This document shows, piece after piece, positions 49,713 to 61,075 of a stretch of 64,000 nt of DNA (position 1 is its first letter; every line of letters begins with the position of its first letter). The notes beneath the pieces are model-generated. The model ran no database searches and was not told the DNA's origin. It was given only the letters and a program-made list of their open reading frames with translations. This DNA comes from Mobula hypostoma (taxonomy: Eukaryota). Where the stretch lies: assembly GCF_963921235.1 (NCBI RefSeq), contig NC_086101.1, positions 7,380,001-7,444,000 on the forward strand, in the 5' to 3' direction. Made by a program: the position numbers and the translations under genes.

Positions 49713-52700
49713 AGAGTCAAAGAGTCTTAGAAAGCTACAGGACAAAAACAACCCGTCCAGTCCATGCTGAAGCACTTCATCGATCTGCAGATGGACCATA
49801 GCTGTCCATAGCCCTGCCATCCATGTACCTGTCCAAGCTTCTCTTAAAAGTTAAAATCGAAACTGCATCCACCACTTGTGCTGACCGCTCGTTTCACAGA
49901 TGAATAAATAACAGTCAACCCTCACCACAGTCTTATTCACAAACCTGTAACTATAGCCTGTTTTCCTTCATCACAGACTGCTTTTTCACTGATGCTTCTC
50001 TTCGCGTTGCTTTGTGTTTGTGTCTAATCTGGCAAATGAAGCAGGAATGGTGACAGGGTCAGTCACTTCTCATTAGCTGGCCACTCCTATACAAATATGA
50101 ATAGAAACTCCCAGTTGTGTGCATTTCCCTTGAAATCCCCTGTGACCTGCTTTGTCACGGGTCAGTGGTGGATGTAATTACAGCTCAGTAACTATCACCA
50201 GGTTTGCTCACGGTGCGTTTCTGCTGAGAGGACTCACCGAAGGCCAGAGTATCTTCCTGATGCTGACAGCTCGGGCAACAATAACATGAGCAAGTGAACC
50301 TGGCCCGAGAATTACCAAAATTGTCATAACAATATTTTAAAATTTGTTCTTTCTTCTTTTCTGATTCAGGAGTGAGGTATGTGATAAAACAAAGGAGATA
50401 CTGCACATTTTATAAACATTTTAAGAAATCACTTTCTTGATTTGAATTGACTTTATTTCTTACAGCCTTCACTTACATGAGGAGTAAAAATCTTCATGTT
50501 ACGTCTCCCTCTGAATGTGCCATGTGCAAATTATAGTAATTTGTAGTAAATAGTATGTACAGTAAGATATACAGCAGAACAGTCAATGTAGCTTAGAAAT
50601 ACACTTGTGTCAGGGTGAGTTAATGAGTAAAATACAGAAAGAAAGAAAAATGGTTAATAATATTTATCAGTCAATCCCTAAGCCACTCCACAAAACATAT
50701 ACTGCCAGAGGGAACTGCAAGTGTCCAACAGGTTTTCTTTTCCCCTTTCTCCTCTCCTGTCTCCCCTCTCTCTCTCCCCTTCTCTCTTCCTTCCTCATTC
50801 CCCCCTCCCCTCTCCCCCGCTCTCTTCCTCTCATCTTCCCTCCTGATTTTCTTCTCTCTATCTCCACCTCTTAGCGCTTGTCATAACCCAGCCAAAGGGA
50901 AGAATCCCCCTCACACAAAGAAATTGCTGCTTTTAATACCTTCAAGGCCATCTACTGTAATACTTTTCCAGAAAACACATTTTTTGCCATGATCTACTCT
51001 CAAGGCTGTAGACTGATACTCACACTAAGTTCTCAGAACGTGGCTGTGGATTTTGTCAAAACATTCCCACATTCCAGACTAACACCATTTTGTCTTACAA
51101 ACTTCCATTTTGTGCTAAACTTTGGAACATTTACCAAGAAGGAATCAAATTTAAAGCACATAAGATTCTACGATGTTGGAAATCGTAATGAAGGGTCTTG
51201 GCCTGAAGCCTTGACTGTATATTCCCCTCTCTAGACACTGCCTAACCTGCTCAGTTCCTCCAGCATTGTGTAGCAATCAAATTTAACTCTTTCCTTACAC
51301 CACTGCAGTTGGGATCAGTCCCCTTTTGCAGGTGGATTGGACTGTGGTAGCACTAACCTCGTCATACCGTCATGGAGTGCTACAGCAAAGATTAAGGCCT
51401 TATGTTCATCCAGTGCTGAACTGTTAGTCTGCCTAGTCCAATCAATACACACTGGTACCATAGCTAACCATACCCCTCCTATCCATATACCTAACCAAAC
51501 CTCTGTTAAACGTGACAACCAATCCAACACTTCCACTGGCAGCTCAATCTTTACTCTGAGCAAAGGAGACCCTCTTCAGAGTTCTCTTAAATATTTCACC
51601 TTTCACCCTTAACCTATCACTTCTAGTTTTTGGTGCAACCAACCCTGGTGGAAAAAGCCTGCTTGCAGTTACGCCGTCTATACCCTTAGAGCAGGGTTGA
51701 GGAGGAATCTCTTTAGTCAGTGGGTGGTGAATCTGTGAAATTCATCGCCACAGGAGGCTGTGGAGGCCAAGTCATTGGGTATAGTTAAAAAGGGGGTTGA
51801 TTAGTAAAGGTGTCAAAGTTAGAAAAGGAAAATAAATCAGGTGGAGCAGATTTGATAGGCTGAATGGCCTAGTTCTGTTCCTTTCTCTTCTGGACTTGCG
51901 GACTCACATGGGATTATGAAACAGTTTGTTACATCAAAATCAGTATTCCAGTGTTCTTGGGGATGGCAGCGAGATACTTTCTCTTGGGAAATGATATGAA
52001 ATGAATACCAAGTTTATCAATGAGACATCTGTAAAAAGCAACGGGGAGTTGGGCACAAATTCTAATTAATTCCACTAAGGAAAAAGTCATAGCCAGTAAA
52101 CAGACTCCGCCCCTTTATTTGTGATTAATTGTATTCTGCTGAATGCAAACATGAGACATGTTTGGAATAAATAGTCAAAGTTACCGGCTGAGACCCTTCG
52201 TCAGGACCAGTGGTTCTCGACCTGCGGTGTCGAACGTTTATTCATTTCCATAGATGCTGCTTGATCTACTGAGTCCCTCCAGTGTTGATGATGATTTCTG
52301 ATGGTCCATGAACCCCTGAACATAAAGATCCTCTTCTTCCTCCCTGATGGAATTAGTGAGTGACCTTCCTCATAAGTGGGTGTCAGTGACTAGGGGATGG
52401 AGGCTTAGGGTGAGGGGGAAGAGGTTTGATGAGGATCTGAAGAAGAATGTTTTCCCTAGATGGGGGACTTCACGCGCCTCATTTCTGAACTGATTCCACA
52501 GCCTACAGACTCCTTTCCAAGGACTCCACAACTCATGTTCTCGGCATTACTTATTTAATTTTCTCCTTTTCACGGTCTGTCTTCTTTTGCACATTGATTG
52601 TTTGTCAGCCTTTGCTTACGTACAGTTTTCCTTCAATTCTATTGTATTTCCTTACTTACCTATAAATGCCTACGAGGAAATGAATCTCAAGGTGGTACTG

Positions 52701-53155
52701 GGGCTCTATCTGCAGGGAGTTTGGACGTTCTCCCTGTGAGTGTGTGGGTTTACTCTGGATGTCTGGTAACCAAAGACCCCAGCCACCCCAGACATTCTCT
52801 CTTCCTCACTCTCCTGTCGGACAGAAGGTCCAAAAGCCTGAAAGTGTGTACCAGCAGACTCAAGGACAGCTTCTATCCTACTGCCTAAAGACTACTTACT
52901 GGTCCCCTAGAAGAGTAGGCTAGACACTTGACCTCAGGATCTACCTCGCCATGGCACTTTCTATGTAACTGTAACATGCTCTGCATCCTGTTATCGTTTT
53001 CTCTTGTACTACCTCAGTGCACTGATGTGATGAAATGATCTGTAGGGATGGGGATGCAAACCAAAATAATCCATTGTGCCTTGGTACACGTGTTAATAAA
53101 GAGCCCTCATTTTGCACTGACTCAATAAGACTAACGTACCTTTTTGCTCCTGCAG

Positions 53156-53332
53156 ACTCGGACAGCGGTGTCACAGGGAGACCGCCTCTCAGCACAGATC
53201 TCCTCCCGCCAGGCTCGTAACTACTCATTCATCAGCCTGGCCGTGGGCATCTCCACCATGGTCCTCTGTGCCATCTTGGCCATCGTCGTGGCGATTGAGG
53301 GCAAGCGCCGCGACACTGAATGGGACCCCTAG
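53156..53332 (+). CDS. prrt1: PRRT1-like coding exon 4 (CD225 C-terminal part, TM helix, stop)
   Basis: Branch point ctaac (53131-53135), pyrimidine tract and tgcag|; reads TRTAVSQGDRLSAQISSRQARNYSFISLAVGISTMVLCAILAIVVAIEGKRRDTEWDP*; ends in WDP as PRRT1 does. Total CDS 666 nt = 221 aa + stop. Confidence 0.94.
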   Translation, partial: TRTAVSQGDRLSAQISSRQARNYSFISLAVGISTMVLCAILAIVVAIEGKRRDTEWDP

Positions 53333-54044
53333 CCCCCGCAGGGAGCGGGTCTGGCAGATGTGGCTCAGTCAAACTCCAGGAATTACAGAGCTCTCTGTCA
53401 GACAGGGGTAACAAGATTTAAACTGGCACGTTCAAGAATAATTATCCTCTTCCATTTTCTTTGAATGCATTTATTGTTACAAACACTGGAGATCCATGTT
53501 ATTCCGATGGAGACGTGAATTGCCACGGCATTATAGGCTACATGAGAAAGATTCTCAAGGTATGTCCTGTCAAAGATGGCGATCTGAAGGCCTTAACAAA
53601 GAAGACTGATCTTGGAACCATTGGACACCTGATTCTCTCCGCACTCCAGACAAACTCTCCCCAGATGGAGATTCAGATTCAGATTCACTTGTTTATCACA
53701 TATACATTGAGGCATATAGTGAGATGTATTACTTGTGTTAACAGCCTACACAGCCTAACAACCTGCCCCAGGCCTCTGCTCCATCCTCGGTCCAGCAAAG
53801 TGAACCTGTGATGACAGACGTCCGTGGATATCGGACTGTGCAGGTCAGAGGGTTTGGGGATTGTATATCCGTGCCAGCAGGAAGCACGAGGGCTGTGAGT
53901 TGGCACAACCGGAGTTCGAGGCCTGGACTTCCAGGTCCCATCATTCCCGTCATTAGTTAGTCCAGGAGTCACAGAGCAAAGTCTGAGGGTCATCGGAATT
54001 CCAGTCGAAGCCTGATGGCTGAATCCTGGAGTTGGGGGACTGTG

Positions 54045-54045
<1 letters not shown>

Positions 54046-54107
<62 letters not shown>

Positions 54108-54490
54108 CTCCCTGTGCATGTGTGTGTGTCTCTCTCTCTCTCTCTCTGTGCGTGTGTGTGTGTCTGTGTGTGAGAGTGAGAGAGAGAGCGTGTGTTTGAG
54201 AGAGTGTGTGTGTGTGTGTGTGTGAGACAGAGAGAAAGAGTGTGTGAGAGAAAGAGAGAGTGTGTGTGTAAGAGACAGAGTGTGAGAGTGTGTTTGAGAC
54301 AGTGAATGAGAGTGTGTGTGTGAGAGTGTGTGTGTGTGAGAGAGAGTCTGTGTGCGTGTGTGAGTGCGAATGGGAGAGTGAGTGTGTGTGAGTGTGATTT
54401 TGTGCGTGTGAGAGAGATAGTGTGTGAGTGTGATTTTGTGTGTATGTCTGTGTGCGTGTGTGTTTGAGTTTGTGTGGGTGTGTGTGGGAG
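54046..54490. repeat. (GT)n followed by compound GT/GA/CT microsatellite
   Basis: Direct reading; source of the spurious HT-rich ORFs. Confidence 0.95.
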
Positions 54491-56407
54491 TGAGGAAAGG
54501 GGCTTGCTTTTATTGCTTTTGTCTTGTTGCTTGTTGTACTCTGTGTTGTTCTGCCATGCATTATCCAGATGTCTCCAGATGTCAAATCCTTAAAGAGTGA
54601 AAAATAAATAGCTGTTTCTAAAATGCAAATAGTTGATTCAGTGCTAAACCGTCTATCAAACATAACAGGCAGAAATTTGCAGCAGTAAGACCAGGAGAGT
54701 GGGAGGGGAGGTAGGTGGGGAAGGGCAGATGAAGTAAGGAGCTGGGCAGTGATAGGTGGCAAAGAGCTGGAGAGGAAGGAATCTGACAGAACAGGAGAGT
54801 GGACCATGGGGGAAAGGGAAAGAGGGGGAGCACCGGGGGGAGGTGATCGGCAGCTGAGGAGAAGAAACCAGAATGAGGAATGGCAAAAGTGAGGAGGAGG
54901 GAGGGAGAAAAATTTACCGGAAGTTAGAGAAATCAATGTTCATGCAATGTATAAGTGTTCTCATCACAGACAGCAATGTGACAGAGGAGGAGATTTCACT
55001 CCCCCTAGGTATCAGTTTTTTATCGTCACAAGTACCAAAATACAGGGAAAAGCTTGCCTCGCAGACTGTTCGTCCAGATCAATTCACTACGCAGTGCATT
55101 GAGGTAGAAGAAGGTAAAATAACTGCAGAGAGGAAGCAGTGCTCCTCCGTTGGTCAAGGTTGACCATGTCCCAGCTATCTACACCATCTGTGGTTGGCAA
55201 GACCAATGTGAGAGTCTGCTGCAAGAGTCACATCTATAAGCTGGAATGCAGAGTCCCTTTCTGTGGGCCAGATTGTCCTCTGGCGCGTTTAGGATTCTTT
55301 CCCTCCCCTGACTGAAGGCGTTGATTCAAGGTGTTTCTCCATCTGGTGTGCTCAGCTGCATTGAGTCCTCCCAGGACTCGACGTTGATATGCAGAGGCTT
55401 CATGTCCTGCTTGCAGGCATCCTTGGAACAGTTGTGGGCGGCCAGCAGTTCTCCTGACTGAAGCCAACTCTCTGTAGAGGATGTCATTTGGGATGCAGCC
55501 ATCCTGCACACGGTGGACATGACCCAGCCTGCGCTCCCTGAGAAGGGTGTAAATGCTGGGGAGGCCGGCACAAAAGAGAAGCTGGGTATTGTGTACTCTG
55601 TCCCTCCAGAAGATGCCCAAGGTGCAATGAAGGCACCTTAACTGGAAGGGCCTGAGCCTTCTCTCCTGCTTAGCGTACGTTGTCCAGGCTTCACTGCCGT
55701 ACGGCAGTGTGCTGGTGATACAAGTGTTGTACGCTGTCACCTTTGTTCTGACTGAGAGTTCCCGGACTCGCATGGTGAGACAGGCAAGAGTTGTTCAACC
55801 TTCCCAATGGGCTTGTCAGTTCCTGCCTCCAAGGAGAGGTTGTCACTGACAATGGCCCCCAGGTATGTGAGCTGATAGACAACATCCAGTTTGTAATTGT
55901 TAATGGTAATGACTGGTGGTGCCTCCACGTCTTGTCCCAGGATGTTTGTGTTTTTCAGGCTGGTAGTCCGACCAAATTCCTGCAGGCCTGGGAGAGAGTC
56001 TGGAGGTGCAGCAGAGTGTGCATTGTGATTGCTATGTCATCTGTGATCATAGCCTCGCGCACTTTCCGTTTGTCCTTTAGGTGGGCGAGGTTAAAAACCC
56101 TGTCGTTTGATCTGTTGTGGTTAGATCGCCTCTGCTGCAGTGCCAATGCATGCCGCGGGAGAGGGGCAAAGAGGATCCCAAAGGGCATTGGGGCGAGGAC
56201 ACGGCCTTGCTTTACGCCACTGCTTAGGCCAAACGGCCCTGAAGAGCTGCTGTTGGACTACACAGCTCCCTTATGATGTGGAAGGATCTGATCATGCTCT
56301 GCGGTCCACCTTACAGAGGATCTGAAAGAGCCCGTCCCTGCCGACCAGGTCAAATGCCTTGGTGAGAGCAATAACACGATGTAGAGGGGCACCTTTTGTT
56401 TTCTGCA

Positions 56408-57050
56408 TATACTTTATACTTTATTGTCACCAATCAATTGATACGAGAGCGTACAATTATCACAGCGATATTTGATTCTGTGCTTCATGCTCCCTGGATT
56501 ACAAATCGATAGTAAATATTAAAAATTTAAATTATAAACCATAAATAGAAAATACAAAGGGAAAGTAAGGTAATGCAAAAAAACCGAGAGGCAGGTCCGG
56601 ATATTTGGAGGGTACGGCTCACATCCGGGTCAGGATCCGTTCAGCAGTCTTATCGCAGATGGAAAGAAGCTGTTCCCAAATCTGGCCGTACGACTCTTCA
56701 AGCTCCTGAGCCTTCTCCCGGAGGGAAGAGGGACGAAAAGTGTGTTGGCTGGGTGGGTCGTGTCCTTGATTATCCTGGCAGCACTGCTCCGACAGGGTGC
56801 GGTGTAAAGTGAGTCCACGGACAAAAGATTGGTTTGTGTGATGTGCTGGGCCATGTTCACAATCTTCTGCAGCTTCTTCCGGTCTTGGACAGGACAACTT
56901 CCATACCAGGTTGTGATGCACCCGAGAAGAATGCTTTCTATGGTGCATCTATAAAAATTAGTGAGGGTTTTAGGGGACAGGCCAAATCTCTTTAGCTTTC
57001 TCAGGAAGTGAAGGCGCTGGTGGGCCTGCTTGGCAGTGGCCTCTGCTTGA
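56408..57050 (-). mobile_element. Young Rex1/Babar-like 3' fragment with (TAAAGTA)n tail
   Basis: ORF 56630-57136 KQAHQRLHFLRKLKRFGL....L.NFYRC.IESIL..CIT.WYG...HP...LF..LPSGRR; second copy at about 59550-59980. Confidence 0.85.
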
Positions 57051-57243
57051 GTCCATATCTCCCGGAGCTGGCAGAGAGAGAAAATCATGATCACCTTCCA
57101 GCATGGAAACCACTCTGTGGCTCTGGGTAGACACATTCAGCCGGTTTCTGTAGGCGGACCAAGGAAATCCGGGCAAAGACTCTGCCAACAACATGGAAGA
57201 GTGTGGTCGTCACAGTCGCTTCTCTCACCTTTGTTCTTATAGT

Positions 57244-57579
57244 AGTCACAGTCACAGTCACAGTCACAGTCACAGTCATAGTCATAGTCACAGTCACAGT
57301 CACAGTCACAGTCATAGTCACCGTCATAGTCACAGTCACAGTCACAGTCATAGTCACAGTCATAGTCATAGTCATAGTCATAGTCACAGTCATAGTCACA
57401 GTCATAGTCATAGTCATAGTCACAGTCACAGTCACAGTCATAGTCACAGTCATAGTCACAGTCACAGTCACAGTCATAGTCACAGTCATAGTCACAGTCA
57501 CAGTCACAGTCACAGTCATAGTCATAGTCATAGTCATAGTCACAGTCACAGTCACAGTCACAGTCATAGTCATAGTCAT
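57244..57579. repeat. 56-unit (AGTCAC/AGTCAT) hexamer array; expanded 3' tail of the adjacent minus-strand LINE
   Basis: 336 bp read unit by unit; abuts the LINE 3' end (minus strand cgataaagta-tgactatgac...). Confidence 0.95.
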
Positions 57580-58298
57580 ACTTTATCGATCCCGGGGGAA
57601 ATTGGTTTTCGTTACAGTGCACCATAAATAATTAAATAGTAATAAAACCATAAATAGTTAAATAATAATATGTAAATTATGCCAGGAAATAAGTCCAGGA
57701 CCAGCCTATTGGCTCAGGGTGTCTGACCCTCCAAGGGAGGAGTTGTAAAGTTTGATGGCCACAGGCAGGAATGACTTCCTATGACACTCTGTGTTGCATC
57801 TCGGTGGAATGAGTCTCTGGCTGAATGTACTCCTGTGCCCACCCAGTACATTATGTAGTGGATGGGAGACATTGACCAAGATGGCATGCAACTTGGACAG
57901 CATCCTCTTTTCAGACACCACCGTGAGAGAGTCCAGTTCCATCCCCACAACATCACTGGCCTTACGAATGAGTTTGTTGATTCTTTTGGTGTCTGCTACC
58001 CTCAGCCTGCTGCTCCAGCACACAACAGCAAACATGATAGCACTGGCCACCACAGACTCATAGAACATCCTCAGCATCGTCCGGCAGATGTTAAAGGACC
58101 TCAGTCTCCTCAGGAAATAAGACAGCTCTGACCCTTCTTGTAGACAGCCTCAGTGTTCTTTGACCAGTCCAGTTTATTGTCAATTTGTATTCCCAGGTAA
58201 TTGTAATCCTCCACCATGTCCACCCTGACCCCCGGATGGAAACAGGGATCACCAGTACCTTAGCTCTCCTCAGGTCTACCACCAGCTCCTTAGTCTTA
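57580..58298 (-). mobile_element. Rex1/Babar-like LINE 3' fragment
   Basis: ORF 57706-58077 MFYESVVASAIMFAVVCW...SHPLH...R.SF.P.AI.LYN; approximate TSD gttcttatag/gttcttgtag at 57233-57242 and 58299-58308. Confidence 0.82.
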
Positions 58299-59549
58299 GT
58301 TCTTGTAGAGGGTAATGGTCTTGGCATGCTCCATATCCTGCAGTACCGCTCCCATCTGCTAGCACTGACAGAGTGCAGTCAAACGGTGCTTGGTCAGGTC
58401 TGGGGCTGTCCCATTATTGCCAGATGCCTTCCCCGAGGCCAAGCTGCTGGTCACCTTGCTGAGTTCCTGTAGGGTCTGCTCTGCGCCCAGTTCTTCCGTT
58501 GTCAGCAAGCATTCAGTGGCGTCCAGGGCTGAAGCGGAGACAGCGTTCACTCCGAAGCAGAATTCAGAGTAATGTTCTAACCATCTCTCTATTTGTTTGC
58601 CTCTGTCTGTGATTACTTCCTCGTTAATGGATTTGAGGGGAGCCACCTTGGTCTGAGAGCGGCTGCCATCATTCATACCCCCGATATTGCCTGTCCGTGC
58701 TGCGGTGTGGATATCATCCAGCACTCGCTGGCGCAGCGACTGGAGATCTGCTGAACTTTACTTCTAGCAGCCCCGAGAATCTGTAGCTTCCTCTCAGTCT
58801 GCGAATGCTTATGCTCAACTAGGACAGCTTGCTTGGCTTCAATGGCTGCAGCCTTCTCACTGGATTTGGCTTGGAGCCAGTCGTTTGCTTTTGTGGTCCT
58901 CTTCCCAGAGGTAGTAAGGCTGTTCTGTAGTTGGTATCCCACAGGAGTTCCCATCTCTCTGTGACAGAGTTTCCAGGCTATTAGGCACTCAGTTCTTCCT
59001 CGACGAACTTAGCAAACAACTCCAGCAGGTCTGGGTGAGACTCTCTGCTGACATCAGTACAAGGGTTCCAACCTTGTTTAGCACGATGGGATTTCTTTGA
59101 CTGCAGCCCGATATTGCAACACGTCTGTCTTGCAGTCTGCGCTATGGTAGGGATGTGTGAGAAGCACACTGCAGAAGAAGGAGTGCCTGACCAAGATCAA
59201 GTCCAGTGCAGGGAAGCAATAAGGTGCAAGATCACCGCGAGGTAGATTGTGAGGCCAAGAATCCATCTTATCATACAAGCGATCCATTCAAGGGTCTGAA
59301 AACAGTGGAGAAGAAGCTGTCTTCGAGCCTGGTGGCACGTGCTTTCTGAGTTGTGTAACTTCTACCTGATGGGAGAGGAGAGAGAGCATGAGGGGGCTTA
59401 GTAAACCATATGGGCATGAGGCTAGCCACAGATTATAGTGTGAGGACCACACTGCAAAATGGGGAGATGTCATCATCGTGAGGCCCAGAGGGGATTGCAT
59501 TAAAAGTAAACTTTACATGGAAATCTTTGCTGAAGAGGAGCAAAGATGT

Positions 59550-59980
59550 TTTATACTTTATACTTTATACTTTATTGTCACCAAACAATTGATTCTAGAA
59601 CGTACAATCATCATAGCGATATTTGATTCTGTGCTTCCCACTCCCTGGATTACAAATCGATAGTAAATATTAAAAATTTAAATTATAAATCATAAATAAA
59701 AAATAGAAAAATGGAAAGTAAAGTAGTGCAAAAAAAAACCAAGGCAAGTCCGGATATTTGGAGGGTACGGCCCAGATCCAGGTCAGGATCCGTTCAGCAG
59801 TCTTATCACAGTTGGAAAGAAGCTGTTCCCTAATCTGCCCGTATGAGTCTTCAAGCTCCTGAACCTTCTCCCGGAGGGCGGAGGGATGAAACACCCTGCT
59901 CCTCTCACTTGATGGAAGGAGATACATTAGGCAAACAGTCAGGGTGTTGGCTGGGTGGATCGTGTCCTTGATTATCCTGG
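59550..59980 (-). mobile_element. Second copy of the (TAAAGTA)n-tailed Rex-like 3' fragment, carrying an internal 50-bp insert
   Basis: Near-identical to 56408-56780 apart from the insert at about 59892-59943. Confidence 0.85.
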
Positions 59981-61075
59981 GTTTATATTCTTTCTTGTAG
60001 AAAATCCTATGTGGAAATGCTGTCCCTGCTCCTCTCACTCGATGGAAGGAGATACATTAGGCAAACAGTCAGGAGGACCCCTTGGTTTCTTTGAAAGTAA
60101 GGCCTGGGTTCTCATCTGCTTCACACTTCACAAAGCAAGCCCGAATCCCCTGCCGAGCCGGTCAGACAATAAGCACTCTCACTTGCACTCTCCTGCAACT
60201 GAGGTCAACTTCTTTCTAACTCCCCTGTCACAATAAACGTGTATTGGATTTCAACCTTGGCACTGTAAATGTGTCCAGGCCCTTTATCGGGAACCTGATG
60301 ACTGATTAAATCCCAAGGTGCTTCACCAGGTTTCTGACCCACTTCTTTGCCGTGTCCTGGGATTTCCCGGCAGCTACCCTTCTGCCCGTTGCAATGCTGT
60401 ACAGTGTGCTCAGTCAGAATCAGGAGCAGGTTTACTTGTATGTCATGAGTTGTGTTGTTTTGCAGCAGCAGTGCACTGCAATCGATAGAAATTACTATAA
60501 GTTACTATAAGAATATATCTTGAAAAGAGAACAAGATAGTGGGGTCGTGTTCCTGGGTGCATGGACCATTCAGAAATCTGATGGCGGAGGGGAAGAAGCT
60601 GTTCCTAAAACACTGAGTGTGTGTCTTCAGGCTGCGTTACCTCCTCCCTGATGAGTGGATGGCATGTCCTGGGTGGTGAAGGTCCTCAGCGGTGGATGCC
60701 GCCATTTTGAGGCATTGCCTTTTGCAGATGTCCTCAGTGGTGGGGAGGCCTGTGTCATGGCTGACTCAACAACCGGCTGCAGCTTTTTCCGATCCTGTGG
60801 ATTGGTGCCTCCACATCAGACAGTGATGCAACCGGTCAGAATTCTTCCAAGGCATTAGCATGTTGATCATGCAAACAATTATGGATTTGAGTCAAAAACT
60901 AGAGGGAGTGTAGGTGTGAAAGCACCAGAGGGTGTTGAAGTGCTATTCTGTACTTCTGAGGAGCAGACTCAATGGGCCGAATGGCCCAATTCTGCTCCTA
61001 TACATTATGGTATCACCATACAAGCAGTCAGAATGTTCTACATGGTACGCCTGTAGAAATTTGTGAGAGCCATTT

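Larger units (their letters stand above)
55190..59210 (-). mobile_element. Decayed RTE-clade LINE with two nested Rex1/Babar-like insertions
   Basis: TKV..Y..C..STL.YGSEAWT...RRL..F.LRCL..ILGI.WRDRV.N (55234-55773); GVKQG.V.AP..F near 56180-56225; VYPEPQSGF near 57110-57140; WLEHYSE near 58570. Confidence 0.85.

Noticed and set aside
54600..54612. AATAAA as the gene's polyadenylation signal
   Set aside because: Plausible (about 1.27 kb after the stop) but unsupported without transcript data.
53685..54936. 327-aa and 144-aa minus-strand ORFs
   Set aside because: Built from GT/GA microsatellite and a Penelope pLTR remnant.
57091..57631. Four long ORFs (poly-SH, VT/VI, DC/DY, TM/TV)
   Set aside because: Translations of the hexamer array; not a protein gene. 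Not CRISPR-like either, since there are no spacers.
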